Part shown: one piece after another, positions 35,590 through 49,700 of the stretch
Position numbering within the stretch: position 1 is the first letter of the stretch
Layout: each line of letters opens with the position of its first letter
Position numbers and translations under genes: made by a program
Origin: Lytechinus pictus
Lineage: Eukaryota
Assembly: GCF_037042905.1 (NCBI RefSeq)
Contig: NC_087249.1
Span: 10,170,001-10,234,000, forward strand
Reading direction: 5' to 3'
Length of the DNA: 64,000 nucleotides
Notes under the pieces: generated by a model
Databases searched by the model: none
Seen by the model: only the letters and a program-made list of their open reading frames with translations
What the model was told of the DNA's origin: nothing

Positions 35590-36419
35590 TAGACAGGAAT
35601 AACCGTCGTTTCTGGGGATTTATTCAACAATTTCTGACATTTTACTGTAATCCCCATTTACCGACGGTAGGGTGTACGTGTGGGCTCGCATGTGTTCTCA
35701 TTCCCTCCCTTTTGTCAATTCACAGTCCAAAGTTTGATGTAATTTTACACATCGAATTTACAATCTAAGGATGTATAAACAACAAACTTTTAAAACTTCA
35801 TGTTTTAACATTTAAATACTTTAAACGATATAGATGAAAAAGGCATGAAAAATATACTTTACCGATGTTTAATTGGGTTGAACACGATAAAAATGGTCAA
35901 AATGGCAGCCAAACTATAAAATATTTACAAACGAACGTCAACAATCACGAATGTGATATCGATATTGTTTTCGATATTATACGATCTGCTCCATATGCGA
36001 ACGAAACCGAAGATAAACTATACTAGTACTAGTACTAGTTATAATCGCGATATATCGATTCGAGACATTAAGTTAATACGATAATGACGTCATTCAAGAT
36101 GGCAACTTGCTAGAAAAACCGTCAGGTCAGGTGAAAATGTCTTAGATGACAGATTTCTCAATCATCCAGAGGATTTTTTTCAATAACTCCGGCCCAAGGT
36201 ATGCAATTACTTAAGTTATTTATATTTACTTGATAATGGAAACCATGAAACTTTCAATTTTGCTTAAAAAACAGTTTTAAAACGCGATCTATAAAACGCT
36301 AGTTCACTATACGTTGGCTGTAGGTACGGGGCCCCATCCCCTTCAGTCTATGTATGGTGAGTGGAGCCAACGTAGTTCAGCGGAACAACCAAAATACAGA
36401 GACTGAAGCTTTTGGTCGA
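35590..36419. mobile_element. 9-bp-TSD element, body type II (promoter-like motifs and splice donor), with terminal hairpin
   Basis: Perfect TSD CTCGGAAAT (35581-35589 / 36420-36428); homologous to 41972-42729. Confidence 0.85.
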
Positions 36420-37547
36420 CTCGGAAATCAACTTTCATTATTTTGTGTGCTTTACAAATTTATTTTTAAAAACAAAAAAGTGCTCTGTAAAAATGTCAGT
36501 TTTATGGTCTGAGTGTTAACATGTTCTGCGCGCTCGTAAAATTTTGATGTATTAGGTACCTATTATTTTCGTGAATTCCATAAAGTTTTCAAAATATCCC
36601 TTTCAGGTCTGATTGTCAAAACGTATCAGCTAGCGCTGCACGCTCGCATTTTGATTGGCGAGTTATGTATGTCTTAATTGATTATACGACAAACTACTTA
36701 AAATCCCCTTTTCATGACAAGTTTATCAAAAAATTTGGCTCGCGATTTGCGCTCGCTTTAATGGTTAAAATATATTAACTGATGCATCTTATTCATAATT
36801 ACAAAAGTGCTTGAAATGTCCAGTTTTCAGGCCATATAATATCATCAGATTTCGCACCCTCATTAGGCATTAATGAATAAGATATTAATTAAATTGTCCC
36901 TTTTGTTTCATCTCGTGCTCAGCAAGAAAAATAGGAAGATAGTCGTCATTTTCATATGCATATCCTGAGGATGTCCCGGTCCTATGTTAAAATTCAAAGT
37001 AATAATAATGTGCAATCCATATCCACCTCACAATTTTCCTACAAAGTGCTTGAAATATAGAGCTGAAATCGACTCTTTTTTTTTTAGATCAGAATATCAA
37101 ATAGTTTAAGCTCGCGCTTCGCGCTCGCTTTGATTTTCATGACAAAAGATGTATTTAGAATGCCTAGATTCTAGGTCTAAATATGAAACACGCGCGCATG
37201 TTTTTTTCAGATACTCAACTTGTTCTCTATTTAAATCATTATCCAGTGTCAAGTCACAACATCAGAAATTTTCTGATCGCACTTTGTGCTCGCAATATTA
37301 ATGTAGGAAGATCCCCTTTTACTCATTCTTTTCATGATTTACAAAACATGAATAGAGTGTCCCGTTCGCGCTCGCATCAATTGCTTAGTTATATACCTAT
37401 CCCGTTCACGAATACAAAACTTGATTAAAATTTTTCATTCTTTATGTAGAAATGTCAAAAATTTTCAGCTCGCGCTTCGTGCTCGCATTATTTGATTGTT
37501 TATATATATGTAACGTCTTCATGGCTATAAGTGCAGGCAGTTCTTAA

Positions 37548-40500
37548 AGTTGAATTAAGAAGGGGGTGAGTTTCCATAAATATGGGTCCCAAACACAATA
37601 TATAGTATATATCAGTTGTTCAAACAGATAGCATGTCACAAAAATACTCTGCCTTCTCGATATTTTGCTTTGAAAGTCTATGAAATTAGCCACCTGTCAG
37701 AGCCCGAGAGACGAGTGTACAGAAAAATCACTCTGAGTGTGACGTCACCGGGGGGAATTTAGTATAAGAGGTGTCCGGATATAATACAGAAATGCTATGC
37801 AGAGAGAGAAAGATGATTTTACTTTTTTTTTCAAAGCAACTCAAATTTAACAAATAGGAATCGTATGTACAAATCTTTACTTTCCCTGTATAAAAAACAG
37901 TATGAATAACTATCATGAACTCTTAAATCATGATGTAAGATTGCAAACAGTGAGTTATTGAATGATATTTTCACTATTTCTCATTTATTTTATCACGATG
38001 TTCCATCAAGTGAGTAGCTGGAAAGTAATTCCGGCGGCTAGCTCAGCTCTGCGCGCGCTGCACGCCTATACAATACACACAACACCCAGGCATTGAGTGT
38101 ACTGTACAGTAGTGGTCTGGTACCGGTATATGTCGACTCGCAGTTCATGACCATGCAGCGATCTCCTGGCGTCTTTTTCTTCTTTCCTTTTGTCTTTGAC
38201 TACATTTTTATATCCTCTGGATCATTTCCACTCATAGCTCATTCCACAGAACAATCTTGAATCAAACGTACTATTCTTCTCGGCCTTCCGAGTTGTTTTC
38301 TATATTTAATTACGCTAGAGGTCATCGTCACACATGTATATAAACGCAATTCGCAAGTGAGTTGAAGACAGCAAGAAAGGTATGCGGTATAGTACGGTAG
38401 CTCGACAGCTAGCTGAGCCGGAGCGGGCGGCCGGCCGGTCGGCACAAAGCAATTCCGCAACCAACTGTTTTTTGCAAGAGCTGCGTCACACGCGGATAAA
38501 TATGTCATAATAACACGTCTGCTACGTTATCGACTGGTGAGAAGATCTCGATCAAATTTAATATTATTCGCCTTGAAATTATTCCTTTAGGGTCTATGGT
38601 ATCATTCTGAGGGAATTTACATATTAGGAATAATAGTACGGCCATAAATATACTTTTAATCATTTCCTCTTTGCAAGTTCTCCGGCTCGTAGATACAACT
38701 TCAACTGCAGTTTATTCCATTATGACTTGTTTCCCACGGACACAGTCCCGAACAAAAACAAGGCATTAAAATCGTCTAAAATCGCTACAAAGAAGAACAG
38801 TTTTAACAATGTAGGGTTATATTATTGACTATATGTCTTTGAATAATTACTTCCTTTTAGTATCGTTCACATAAAATCAATAGCGATAAAATGAAGTTTT
38901 GACACAAAAAGTAAATATGAAGGCGTACGTGTATAGTACACAAAACGGCACTGCCATGTTTACTACACCGGGACCGAATACCCCCCGGTGATGTCACAGT
39001 CAAAGAACACCCGTCTCGGTAGGCATTGCATGAGCGAACTCAGGGAAAATGGGTAGGGATAAATCGTTCAAATTCACTATTTTGAAAAAAGAAAATGGGG
39101 GGTCGAATCACCTCTTAGTCAGGGCTCGACACTAGCGGCGGTCCGACGGTCCCAGACCGGTAAAAATCACTGTCGGGCCAGTAGATTTTCAGAAATAGGA
39201 AGATTTACTGGTCCGACATGACCAGTAAAAAATATCATTTTCGGGCCAGTAATTTTTCCAAAAATAGCAAGATTTAAGGGTCCGACATGACCACTAATAA
39301 AATCCACTGTTGGGCCAATAACTTTTCCAGAAATTGTCAAATTCACTGCAAACTATTTCCCCCCCGTTAAAATCTGTCATTCACACACAGAATACACACA
39401 CTAGAGTAGCATACAGTGTACATGTAGCCAGCCACACAACCCACGTGGTAAATTCTCTACTGGCTGCGCGAACGAAGCTTGGCTAAACTCTGGCAGAAAT
39501 TTCTCACAGAACTGTAAAAATTCACGGTTCATACTCATGAAAGGCTCTTATAATGTCCATATTTCCTAAAAATTTGAGTAACTCTGTCATTTGTAAGCAG
39601 TAAAAGGAGAAATTTTCACTTCTGTTTTGGTTCAAACAGATCGGGTTTCGGGTAATATCTTCTGAATACATAATAGCCCCACATATGCATTTATGTGTGT
39701 GTTGATACACTTGGTTTCTGACTTTCTTTCGTAGTTATTTTAATTGAGCCAAAAAGAAACTGATAAATTATTTGATGATAGTTTTAGCTTTCTTCCTATC
39801 TTTCTTTCCTTCTTTCTTTTCAATCTTTCTTTGTTTCTTCCCTCTTTTCTTTCATTTTTTTTGTTACTGTCTTACTTTTTTAATTTCCCTTTTTTCTTTA
39901 ATTTGTTCTTTCTTTCCTTTAAAAAATATTTTTCTCTATTTCTTTTTCTTTCTTCCTTCCTCCCTCCCTCCCTCCCTCCCTCCCTCCCTCCCTCCCTCCC
40001 TCCCTCCCTCCCTCCCTCCCTCCCTCCCTCCCTCCCTCCCTCCCTCCCTCCCTTCCTTCCTTCCTTCCTTTCTTTTTGATATTTTTCTTTCTTTAATTCT
40101 TGAGTCCATCCATCCTATATTCATCTCTTCTCTCATTCCTTTCTTTCCTTCTTTTTACCCTTTTCTTTCCTTCATTCTTTGTTACTTTTTTTGTTTCTTT
40201 CTTCCTTCCATCCATCATTTATTTACCCTTTCTTGTTGTTTTTTATTTCTTCCTTCTTCCAACCCTTTCTCTCTTTCTTACATTCATTCCTTCCTTTCTT
40301 ATATATGTCTTGTTCTTTCCTTTTTCCCTTTGTTAAATCTATCCTTTTACCTTTCCTTTCTTTTTTTGACTGCTTGCTTCCTTTCTCTCCTTTATTCTTT
40401 CATTCCTTCCTTTCTTTGTCTCTCAGTCTTTCTTTTTTTCTTCCTTTCATCTATTCTTTTCTCTTTTTTTTTATATTGCTTGCTTCTTTCCTTCCCTTCC

Positions 40501-40684
40501 TTTATTTCTTTCCTTCTATCTATCATTTTACCTTTCCTTTATTTCTTCCTTAATTCCTTCTTTCAATCCTTCCTTCCTCTCTTTCTTTATTTTGACCTTC
40601 TTTCTTTCCTTTACTACTTACTGGATTTGTTCTTTCTTTCTGTATTGCTTGCTTCATTTCTTTCCTTCATTTCTTTTTTTCTTT

Positions 40685-40744
<60 letters not shown>

Positions 40745-41170
40745 TTCGTTCCTTCTTTTTTCCTTCCTTCCTTTCCTTCTTTAGTTCTTTCTTTTTTTCC
40801 TTCCTTCACATCTATCCTTACTTTACCTTTTCTTTTTTTCTTCCTTCCTTCCTTTCTTTTTTTCTTTCTTTCTTCGTTTCTGTCTTGCTTTCTTTTTGTC
40901 CTTCATTTTATTTTTTTTGGGGGGGAACGAAAGGCTAGAAAAATAAACTTGCGCCTTTTTTTAATGTTTTCTTTATTTTTTGGGACCAGTAGATTTTAGG
41001 TTCGGACCAGTAAAAATTTGAAAAACGGGGTATCTACTGGTCCGACATGAATAGGTTGGACCAGTAGAAAAAATGGGTTAGTGTGGAGCCCTGTCTTAGT
41101 GTTTGGGGGGTTGTAAGGTTGCTATTAATGTAAATATCTCAATATTTGAAATCGTCTTCTTAATTCAACT
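37548..41170. mobile_element. Kolobok-like non-autonomous element (TTAA TSD)
   Basis: TTAA|AGTTGAATTAAGAAG...CTTCTTAATTCAACT|TTAA; internal inverted motif TGACGTCACCGGGGG (37740) / CCCCCGGTGATGTCA (38982). Confidence 0.85.
39120..41093. mobile_element. TIR element with 7-bp TSD and an internal polypyrimidine tract
   Basis: TSD TCTTAGT (39113-39119 / 41094-41100); TIRs CAGGGCTCGACACTA / TAGTGTGGAGCCCTG; (CCCT)n/(CTTT)n tract at ~39780-40920. Confidence 0.85.
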
Positions 41171-41971
41171 TTAAAAGGTACCTTTTCGATCAGTTCAAAA
41201 CGTGCTCGCATTATTAATGTAAGGAAGATCCCTACTTACTCATCCTTTTCATGATTTACAAAACTTGAATAGAGTGTCTCGTTCAGTATAGGTCTAAATC
41301 TCGAAATTTTCCGCTCGCACTTCGCGCTCGCATCGATTGTTTAGTTATATACCTATTCTGTTTAAGTTACAAAAAGTGCTTAGAATTTCCATTCCTTAGG
41401 TAAAAATTTCAGCTCGCGCTCGCATTATTTGATTTTAAAAATATATTACGTCTCCATGGGTAACTGCAAGCAGTCTTTAACAGTACTCTTTCCATCAGTT
41501 CATTTTTGCTTGCGCTTCACGTTCTTAGTAATTATTCATTTGCATAGGATCTATACATCTTTTTCAGGATAACAATCATTGCCCAGAATGTTCAAAATTT
41601 TAGAAAAAATACAAAAGATTTCCAAAAAAAGTTTGCTCGAGCTTCGCGCTCGCATTATATAATTAAGGATTATGATATTATATATTTATCTCTATGGAAT
41701 AAAACTAAGAAGTGACTATTAGGAATACCCCTTCAAAGAAGCCAAAACTAATTTTCGAGGGGCCGATCGGGGAAAATATGGCTGAAAAAAATTCCAGGCC
41801 CCCCCCCTATTGGCGAAGGCTGGATCCGCCCCTGTAAATAAAAGAGGAATTTTGCCTCTGTGAGATAAATTTGCTGTTGATTGATTTTCGTAGTTTATAA
41901 GCAGAAAACAATAGAGGTGCAATATTTGAGACTGTCTAAATTCAAGATGGAACTCATGCCACTGCACTGGC

Positions 41972-42729
41972 TAGACAGGAATAACCGTTGTTTCTGGTAA
42001 ATTCTGGGGATTTCCTTAACAATTTCTGACATTTCACTATAAATTATAGTGAAAAGTCAGAAATTCACCGACAGTAGTTCGTTAGTGTGAGCTTGCATGT
42101 GTTACAGTCTAAGGCTTTAGAAACTACCGAAATAATGTCTTGAATATCTAAGAATCAAGACATGAAAAAAGATTAAAAAGTGTGGAAATAGTACGTTAAC
42201 GATGTTTACTTGTCTTCAGTCTTTGTCTCGAGAATCACCCCCCAAAATGGCAGCCAAAATATGAAATATTTACCAACAAACGGAGAGGGCGTCAACAATG
42301 TACGAATTTGATATCGATATTGCTTTCGATATTATACGATCTGCTCAATATGCGAGCTAAACCGCTACGAATACGATCACAGCTCAGGTAGCAGACGATC
42401 AAATCGAAAAACCGTCAGCTTAGGTGAAAATGTCTTAGATGAAAGATTTCTCAATCATCCAGAGGATTTTTTTTCAATAACTCTGGACAGTCTGGTCCAA
42501 GGTACGCAATTACTTAAGTTATTTATATTTCCCTGGCAATGGAAAACATGAAACTGTAAATTACGCTTAAAAACAGTTTCAAATCGCGACGCGACCTATA
42601 AAAACGTTAGTTTAGTATACCACTGTCTATACGTACAGGCCAACAACTCTTCAGTCTATTGTATTGGTGAGTGAAGCCAACGTAGTTCAGCGAAACAACC
42701 AAAATACAGAGATTGAAGCTTTTGGTCTA
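41972..42729. mobile_element. 9-bp-TSD element, body type II, second copy
   Basis: TAGACAGGAATAACCG...TTTTGGTCTA; flanks TGCACTGGC / ACCACTGGC (7 of 9 match). Confidence 0.78.
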
Positions 42730-42910
42730 ACCACTGGCATGAGTCATGGGAGACAAGACTCGGTCTCGGATATGGAGACAGATTCCCTAACGTTAATTTT
42801 TCTTGCAGAGACTTGAGAGTAGATCTACCCTAAATTAAGCCTGTTAATAATATTGTGTGTGGATGGTAGCAACATTAACATTGTTATCAAAACAAAAGTA
42901 GGCCTAGACT

Positions 42911-44790
42911 TAGACAGCTGGCAGCCGTCTGTTTCAATGAGTTTTTAAACATTTTTTTAAATTTCTCCTCATACACAGACGGCTCGCGATCGTGCAGCCG
43001 CCCACTCACACTATTGCAAGGTTAAGCAGCCGCCATGATTAGTGGGTTAACAATGCAAAATCCCCCCGACGGGGCTCATCGATTTTTGTCTTTATTTCAT
43101 AAAATATATAAAAAAGAACTGGACCAAAATAAAGATTATTATTCTGTTTTGGCCTGAAATGCACCAAACCGGGAAAAAATAAACTGAAAGGTCAAGTCCA
43201 CCCCAGAAAAATGTTGATTTGAGTAAATAGAGAAAAATCAAACAAGCATTATGCTGAAAATTTCATCAAAATTAGATGTAAAATAAAAAAGTTATGACAT
43301 TTTAAAGTTTCACCTATTTTCACAAAACAGTGATATGCACAACTCAGTGACATGCAAATGAGACAGTCAATGGTGTCCCTCACTCACTATTTCTTTTGTT
43401 TTTTTATTGTTTGAATTATACAATATTTCATTTTTACAGATTTGACAATTAGGACCAACTTGATTGAACCACGTAGTATTAAACAATGCTAATTGCACAT
43501 GTTCAGGGAGGAATTAATCGTTGTTTCACACGACAACAGGGAGAAAATTTGAATATGTCATATTTCACATAATAAAATATAAAATAAATAGTGAGTGATG
43601 TCATCAGTCTCCTCATTTGCATACCGATGTGAATATAACTGTTTTGTGAAATTAAGCGAAACTTTAAAATGTAGGGACAGTGATTTTCCGCGATCGCGGA
43701 AAACGGACGGAATTCACGGAAAGGGCCTTTTGAAATGGAAAGTGGCATTTCAAACGGAAAATCACGGAAAACGCATTTTCCCTCAAAATACACAGAATAG
43801 CAACAGAAATTACTCCAAAATCACAACAAAATGAGAATATTAAATGGCCACAAAACCCCAGAAAACACGATCTAACTTCGCTACTATCATGACAATTCAC
43901 ACATCGTGACTGCACTCGACATCAGCACACTCGATTGTACCGTACCCGTATACCGTACCCGGCCGGCCGGCCAGGTTGGGCTTCACATGCACACATATCA
44001 TTCAACTACACGGTCGTATGTTGCTGCCCTCTACGTTTGAAGACGTAACAGCACTATGTCGTGGTCTTAAAATACAAGATGGCGGATTAGCAAAAGCCGT
44101 TGACTGATGATAACGATGACCAAAAACCCCCAAAATTATCGATGAAATATCATTTCACCGTGAAATAATGCTAATAATGTGAAAGGTGAGGATGTATGCA
44201 TGCTAAATGGGTTCATAAAAATATTTTATGCACCCGCATAGATCCGATTAGAACGGATTCTATTGTGTTGTTGGTACAGTAGCAGATACAAATTTTGACC
44301 AGCGCGAGTGTCCGTGTTGTGATTTTGCTATTCAATGTGTAAACGGAATTGTCACTTTTCCGTGTGTACAAAGTCTATGGGGAAACGGAATTTCCGTTTT
44401 CTGACATGCTGAAACGGAATTTGAAATTTTCTGAAACGGAAAAGGCAATTTTTTGAAACGGAAAATCACTGTCCCTAAAAATGTCATAACTTTCTTATGT
44501 TACATCCGATTTTGATGAAATTTTCAGTGTTATGCTTGTTGGATTTTTCTCTTTTTATTCGAATCAACTTTTTGTTGGGGTGGACTTGTCCTTTAAAAGG
44601 AAAAAAACAGTGATTTACTTCCACTGTCGCGCAACTCCCACTTCCTTGGTTTATCCGAATTTAATACATAAACATATGGCCATTGAGTCCCTGTACAGAT
44701 CGAGTTAGAACTTCGGTCTCTGTATTTGGTGAGTGGAGCCAACGTAGTTCAGCGGAACAACCAATTTAACAGACCGAAGCTTTTGGTCTA
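42911..44790. mobile_element. 9-bp-TSD element, body type I, second copy, with nested MITEs
   Basis: Perfect TSD GCCTAGACT (42902-42910 / 44791-44799). Interrupted by a Kolobok-like MITE at 43189-44592, which is itself interrupted by 43672-44477. Confidence 0.88.
43672..44477. mobile_element. TIR element with 6-bp TSD nested in a Kolobok-like MITE
   Basis: TSD AAAATG; perfect 19-bp TIRs TAGGGACAGTGATTTTCCG / CGGAAAATCACTGTCCCTA; subterminal ACGGAA repeats. Confidence 0.9.
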
Positions 44791-44818
44791 GCCTAGACTA
44801 TGAATGTTTCAACTTTAA

Positions 44819-45405
44819 AGGGGAATCCAACCCAAATAAAAGCTTGTTTTTAGAGGAAAAAGAAAAATCAGGCAAGTTGATAGGTGAAAGTTTGAACAAT
44901 ATCGGACAAACAATAAGAAAGTTATGAATTTTTAAAAGGTGTAAAAATTGGTAATCACTATACCCATGGAGACTTCAAATTGGCCATATATGTGATGTCA
45001 TAGTGATGTAAGGCAAGGGCTACTCTTCCATGTACTCCAATAAATGAAATAGCTAAAATTTCAATTTTGTTTTTCTAAAGTTATACTTCAAATTATATTT
45101 TTCTTTCATGGGGACATAAAATGATATACTACCTGGGTTATATTTAAATTACTGCCCCAGGGGAATGGGTACTTGGGAGAAAACCACAAATCCCTGATAA
45201 GTTAAGTACATGGCCTATGGGAAAGTTGTCCTTGCCCCTTGTCATAATTTACTTACCCAGTTGCCAATTTAAAATCTACATAGTGACTAGTCTTCGGGAT
45301 CTCAATTCTTATCGCTTTTCAGATTTCTTTCAAATTTTCACCATTCTGTTTTCTTTATTTTTCTCCTTTCCAACACAACAGTTATGACCAAGGCCGAGTT
45401 CCCCT
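44819..45405. mobile_element. Kolobok-like MITE (second family)
   Basis: TTAA|AGGGGAA...TTCCCCT|TTAA. Confidence 0.8.
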
Positions 45406-46571
45406 TTAATTAGACATGAAATGGAGTAATTTCTCATGAGGAATTTGCCATTTCAATTTTGTATTGCTGCAAAGGTAAGCCCTATTTTGATGCAAATGTA
45501 AAAAAATAAAAAATAGTCTCCCAAATTGGACTTTTTGGAGACTCTCTCTGATAATAGATGCCAAAATTATCTACAAAACACAAAATTCTCTGAAACTGTC
45601 TGGAGATAAACTCCTAAATAGGAGAGAGTCTGGATCTCTATTGGCCATGTTCCTCTAACGTTAGATCTACTGAAAAAAATTCAATACTGTGTACCTGTGC
45701 AGTATATCCCATTTATTCACCCACCAAGCTCAACTTGAAGAGAAGCCAAGGGAGATAAGAGATATTTATAAGGTTTTGTTAATGAGCAGTATCTGTTTCT
45801 GTTGAGGTAACTCCCAAATTTGGCAAAGCAGTGTTCCACCGCAAGGCTGGTGTCTGATAACCAATTAGGGCCTACATATGAAACATTTTACATATGGGTT
45901 AATCAGTCATAGTGGCTGACAGTTATAGACAACAGAAATAACTCTCGGACCTTTTTTTATTAGAGCGGAGATAATAATGGCAGTGCTTGGATTTGAACCC
46001 ATGAGTCCAATGCTCTAACCACTAGACCACACAACCAGTATCGGTATGCAATCTTATATGTCGTTCCTGGTTTTAATCATGAAAATTATTCAAAGACAAA
46101 GGAAACCAAATCTGTGATAACTGATACATACAGGTGGTGATTTCAGCAAGTTTGGCTGTATAGCTAGTTGGTGTAAACACTTTTATATCTCTGAATCTGA
46201 GTATACCCGGTTATTGTGTGTCCAGACAGGTTGTGTGTCCGGACGATCAATTTTAGAAAGTCATTTGGAAAATTTACAAGCAAAGTTTCATCAATTTTTT
46301 AGTACAAAATGTTAGGAAATATTATCGAGAACAAAATAGAAATTTACAAGCAAAGTTTCATCAATTTTTAGTACAAAATGTTAGGAAATATTATCGAGAA
46401 CAAAATAGAAGATGATTACAACTATTGAATTCATATTTTTAGTGTAATCCAAAGACAAAAAAGAAGGCTTCAAAAATATAAAGTGTCCGGACACCTGACC
46501 CCCATCCTACTTTTTTTTTCAATTTCTCATCATAGATCTAATAGTACTAACACACACACACCACATTCATC

Positions 46572-46723
46572 ATGGAAGAGACACCAGTGGAGGCTGAACC
46601 TGAAGGTGACTTTCAGTCAGTCAGTCAGAAGATGAGAGATATTTCACAGCAGTTCGACCTCAACTCAAGCCAAGGCACTCAAACATCCATATCAGTACAA
46701 CAGAATATATGCGCATATGTAAG
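46572..46723 (+). CDS. CENPH: CENP-H coding exon 1 (exon starts at 46536, ATG at 46572)
   Basis: Acceptor ttctcatcatag|46536; ATCATGG Kozak-like start; MEETPVEAEPEGDFQSVSQKMRDISQQFDL...CAYV; donor AAG|GTAACT. Confidence 0.8.
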
Positions 46724-49700
46724 GTAACTATATATCTCTTTGTATTGTAGTGTCAGAGCTTTTCGGAAGCTGTCGGTCATTTGAAGAAAATGCATGAATG
46801 ATTTTTATAAAGAAAATAGGCATACTTGAAAATGTACAGGTTCAGCTCTTGAGGGGCATAATGGCTTCGCGTTTATTTGAGAAAATTTCTTTTATGACGT
46901 CTTCAAAATTTTGTAATACCAGTTATAAATGATTACCGTAAAAATAAAGTAAACAAAAATTGAAAGTCTACGTTACATCATTGAATACAATATTTCAAGT
47001 GTGAAAAAGGGGGGAAAATTGCCTTAATCAACCCTCTATTGTTGTTGTTGTTGTTCCTTTTGGGCCTATTTCACGCCCCTTGTAGTCTCCTCAGTAGACA
47101 CTCGATGTTGAACACTCAAAAGGTGGGAAAACTTCTATACAGTGTGTATCAAAAAAAAGTTTACACTTAGAAAAAATCCTATAATATTATACATTTGTAA
47201 TATCCTGAAGATGTTTCCACATTTTGACGTTGGTACAGATCCATTTAAGCAAATGACCATATAACATGAAAAATATTTCTGCTTGAGTGAGCACCACTTA
47301 CTTTTGAAAAGTTAGTAAAAAATGATTTGCGCAGAACTTTGAAATAATTATGCGAATAAAAGTAGACCTTAATCATGAAGAACACATGGAATTTAGCTAG
47401 TAAAATTGATTTGAAGATATCTTTTACCTTTTTTAACTTGTTTCCTTGCCCAAAACACTTTGAAGAGTGCATTGCGCACCACCCACTCCCCCATACAACA
47501 AGGCCATCGTGACGATATTTGCTTTACACTGAGCTGTGATTTACATGAAATGGCTTAGGCTTAATTTTTATTTTGTTAATCATTGTCAAGCTTGGAAAAA
47601 GTGTGGAGTAACAAGTATTAAATGAAAAATGAAATGTAAACCCACTTTAAATGATAAAAACTTAGTTAAAAATGCTGGAGATGTCTGATATAGTACTCTG
47701 ATATAAACTTTTGTTCAGATTTAGTTATGTCCTTGGATCCAGCTGGCACAAAAAGGGTAAAAACTGTGCTTACTAAGTGTTGAATTTCAATTTGGGTGGC
47801 AAACTTGTTACAAAATGCTTGAATGTATCCGTTTTATTTCAATTGACTAAAAGTGCAAGGGAAATGTATGAGAAATGTTTTGCAGGGTAAGTTTGATTTC
47901 GCCCTTTCCCCTTGACACAGCGTGAAAACAAGCATTTTTGCGCAAACAGATTTCCGCGAGTTTTACAAAAATGGACAGTGCTCACTCAAGTGTAACATTC
48001 TGTCATAACTTTTACTTTCATTGGATAGATGAGACCCAAACTCGAGAATATATGTGAAAAAATTACCCACATGTTGTATATTTTTTAATTCCTAGGGATT
48101 TTTCAAATAGTAAACTTTTTTTTGATATGCACTGTAGAGGCCAAATTATACCTGTTATAGTTATGAATGACCCAATAAAACACTCGAGAAATTTCTATTT
48201 ATAGGCCTACTATTCAATGCAGCAGTTTGGATGGGGAAAAAAACCCAACTTATTCCCATTTCAATGACAATGATAGTGTACATAACACAGTTTCATATGC
48301 GAATGTGGAGATAGCTTCCCTCTGACAAATACACCAAGAAACAACAGATGATAGAGCACATGATGATCCATATATGTACTATCTTGGACGAACTTTGATG
48401 GAAAGACATCATTTTTTTGTTCACTGATTAAAATGGTTTTTTTCTTACAAATGCAAGTGGGGGCCTAGCGGAAATCTTCTTCCTAAGTGTGTTATCTTTG
48501 TGTTTGTGTTTAAAACCAGTTTGAACAATTATGCATATATTTCTCTCATCATATCAATTTCAGGATAATAATAGCTAGGAACTTTTACCAAATTTAAGGC
48601 CCATGAGGCAAAGCAATATATGCTCGTCCCTCTGCTGGAGCTGACTATGGGTCTTTAATGATATTAAGTTCAGTGATAGTTCTTTCCAAAGTAAACCTTG
48701 TTTTTTCTTCTACATTTTGTGAACTTAATACGGTTGTTGTAGCCTGGCCTAACTTATACTATATACTACTAACTACTAAAGCTAACCTTAATAATGGATC
48801 ACGGAGTACTTCGATGGCCTGGTTGAAGCTCGGAAGCGATGCGAAGCCACTGTTGCAGAGCACTCTGTTGGGTCCTAGCTGGAGGATGTATACTGCCGGG
48901 GTATGTCACGTCCACTGGCCAGATGATACACGCTTTCAACGATGGATCCATTAGAAGCAAACTCAAACAACTACTCTCTAACTAAACTGTGTTTCCTTTT
49001 TATACCCAGTGCCTTACTCGGAGTTACTGCTATGTCACTGCCAAGCATCAGTGAGCAAGGCATGATATTACAATAGACCCCTATAAATTGCCCAACACAG
49101 CTGCTTAAGGCTAACATAATAGAAAGGGATGTATTGTCATTAACATACTTGTAGCCAAGAGAGAGGAATGTTTATAGTCATAGTAGAGGCTGTGTTCACA
49201 CAGCATACAATCTAGATTAAAGGAAGCGTTCACATGATACATAAAATTAGTGCCTGTCTCTACACAGTTTCCATATTTTCTTCTACCTACCTAGATACTT
49301 AGATTGGCTAGAGAATCTGAAGCAAGTGCAGAGTGGATTGATTCAATCATCAAAAGAATCTACTACATCTGAGAGTGATTCTAATGATATCGAAGATATT
49401 ACCACAAGGTGAGACACTTACAGGGATGCCACTTTTCCGTATTTATACGGAATTCCGGCTTTTTTCCTGCTATCTGTCTTATTTCCTGCTATCTGTCTTA
49501 TTTCCGTATTTCCGACTTTTCCTGTTTTCTGTGTATTAAAAAAAACGGAAAGTCCTCCTTTTTTCCCCCTATCTCTCCCGATTGAGATGCATGTCGATCG
49601 ACCGAGTGAGAGATATTTCTCGAGATATTTGCTTTTATACAGTACATAATTTATAAACGCGCGCACTGCCTACTACGTTCATTGAGTTATGCTTTTATCA

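Larger units (their letters stand above)
35252..41834. mobile_element. Composite hAT-like element with 6-bp TSD, carrying nested insertions
   Basis: TSD TAAATA (35246-35251 / 41835-41840); TIRs CATAGGCGAATCCAG / CTGGATCCGCCCCTG; body related to 30064-32451. Confidence 0.8.

Noticed and set aside
39744..40999. Long F/L/S/P-rich ORFs, including 388 aa at 39772..40938
   Set aside because: Translation of a polypyrimidine microsatellite tract inside a TIR element; stop codons are absent for compositional reasons.
48570..49072. Possible solo LTR on the minus strand (TG start, TATAAAA box)
   Set aside because: No convincing CA end with a matching TSD, PBS or PPT was found.
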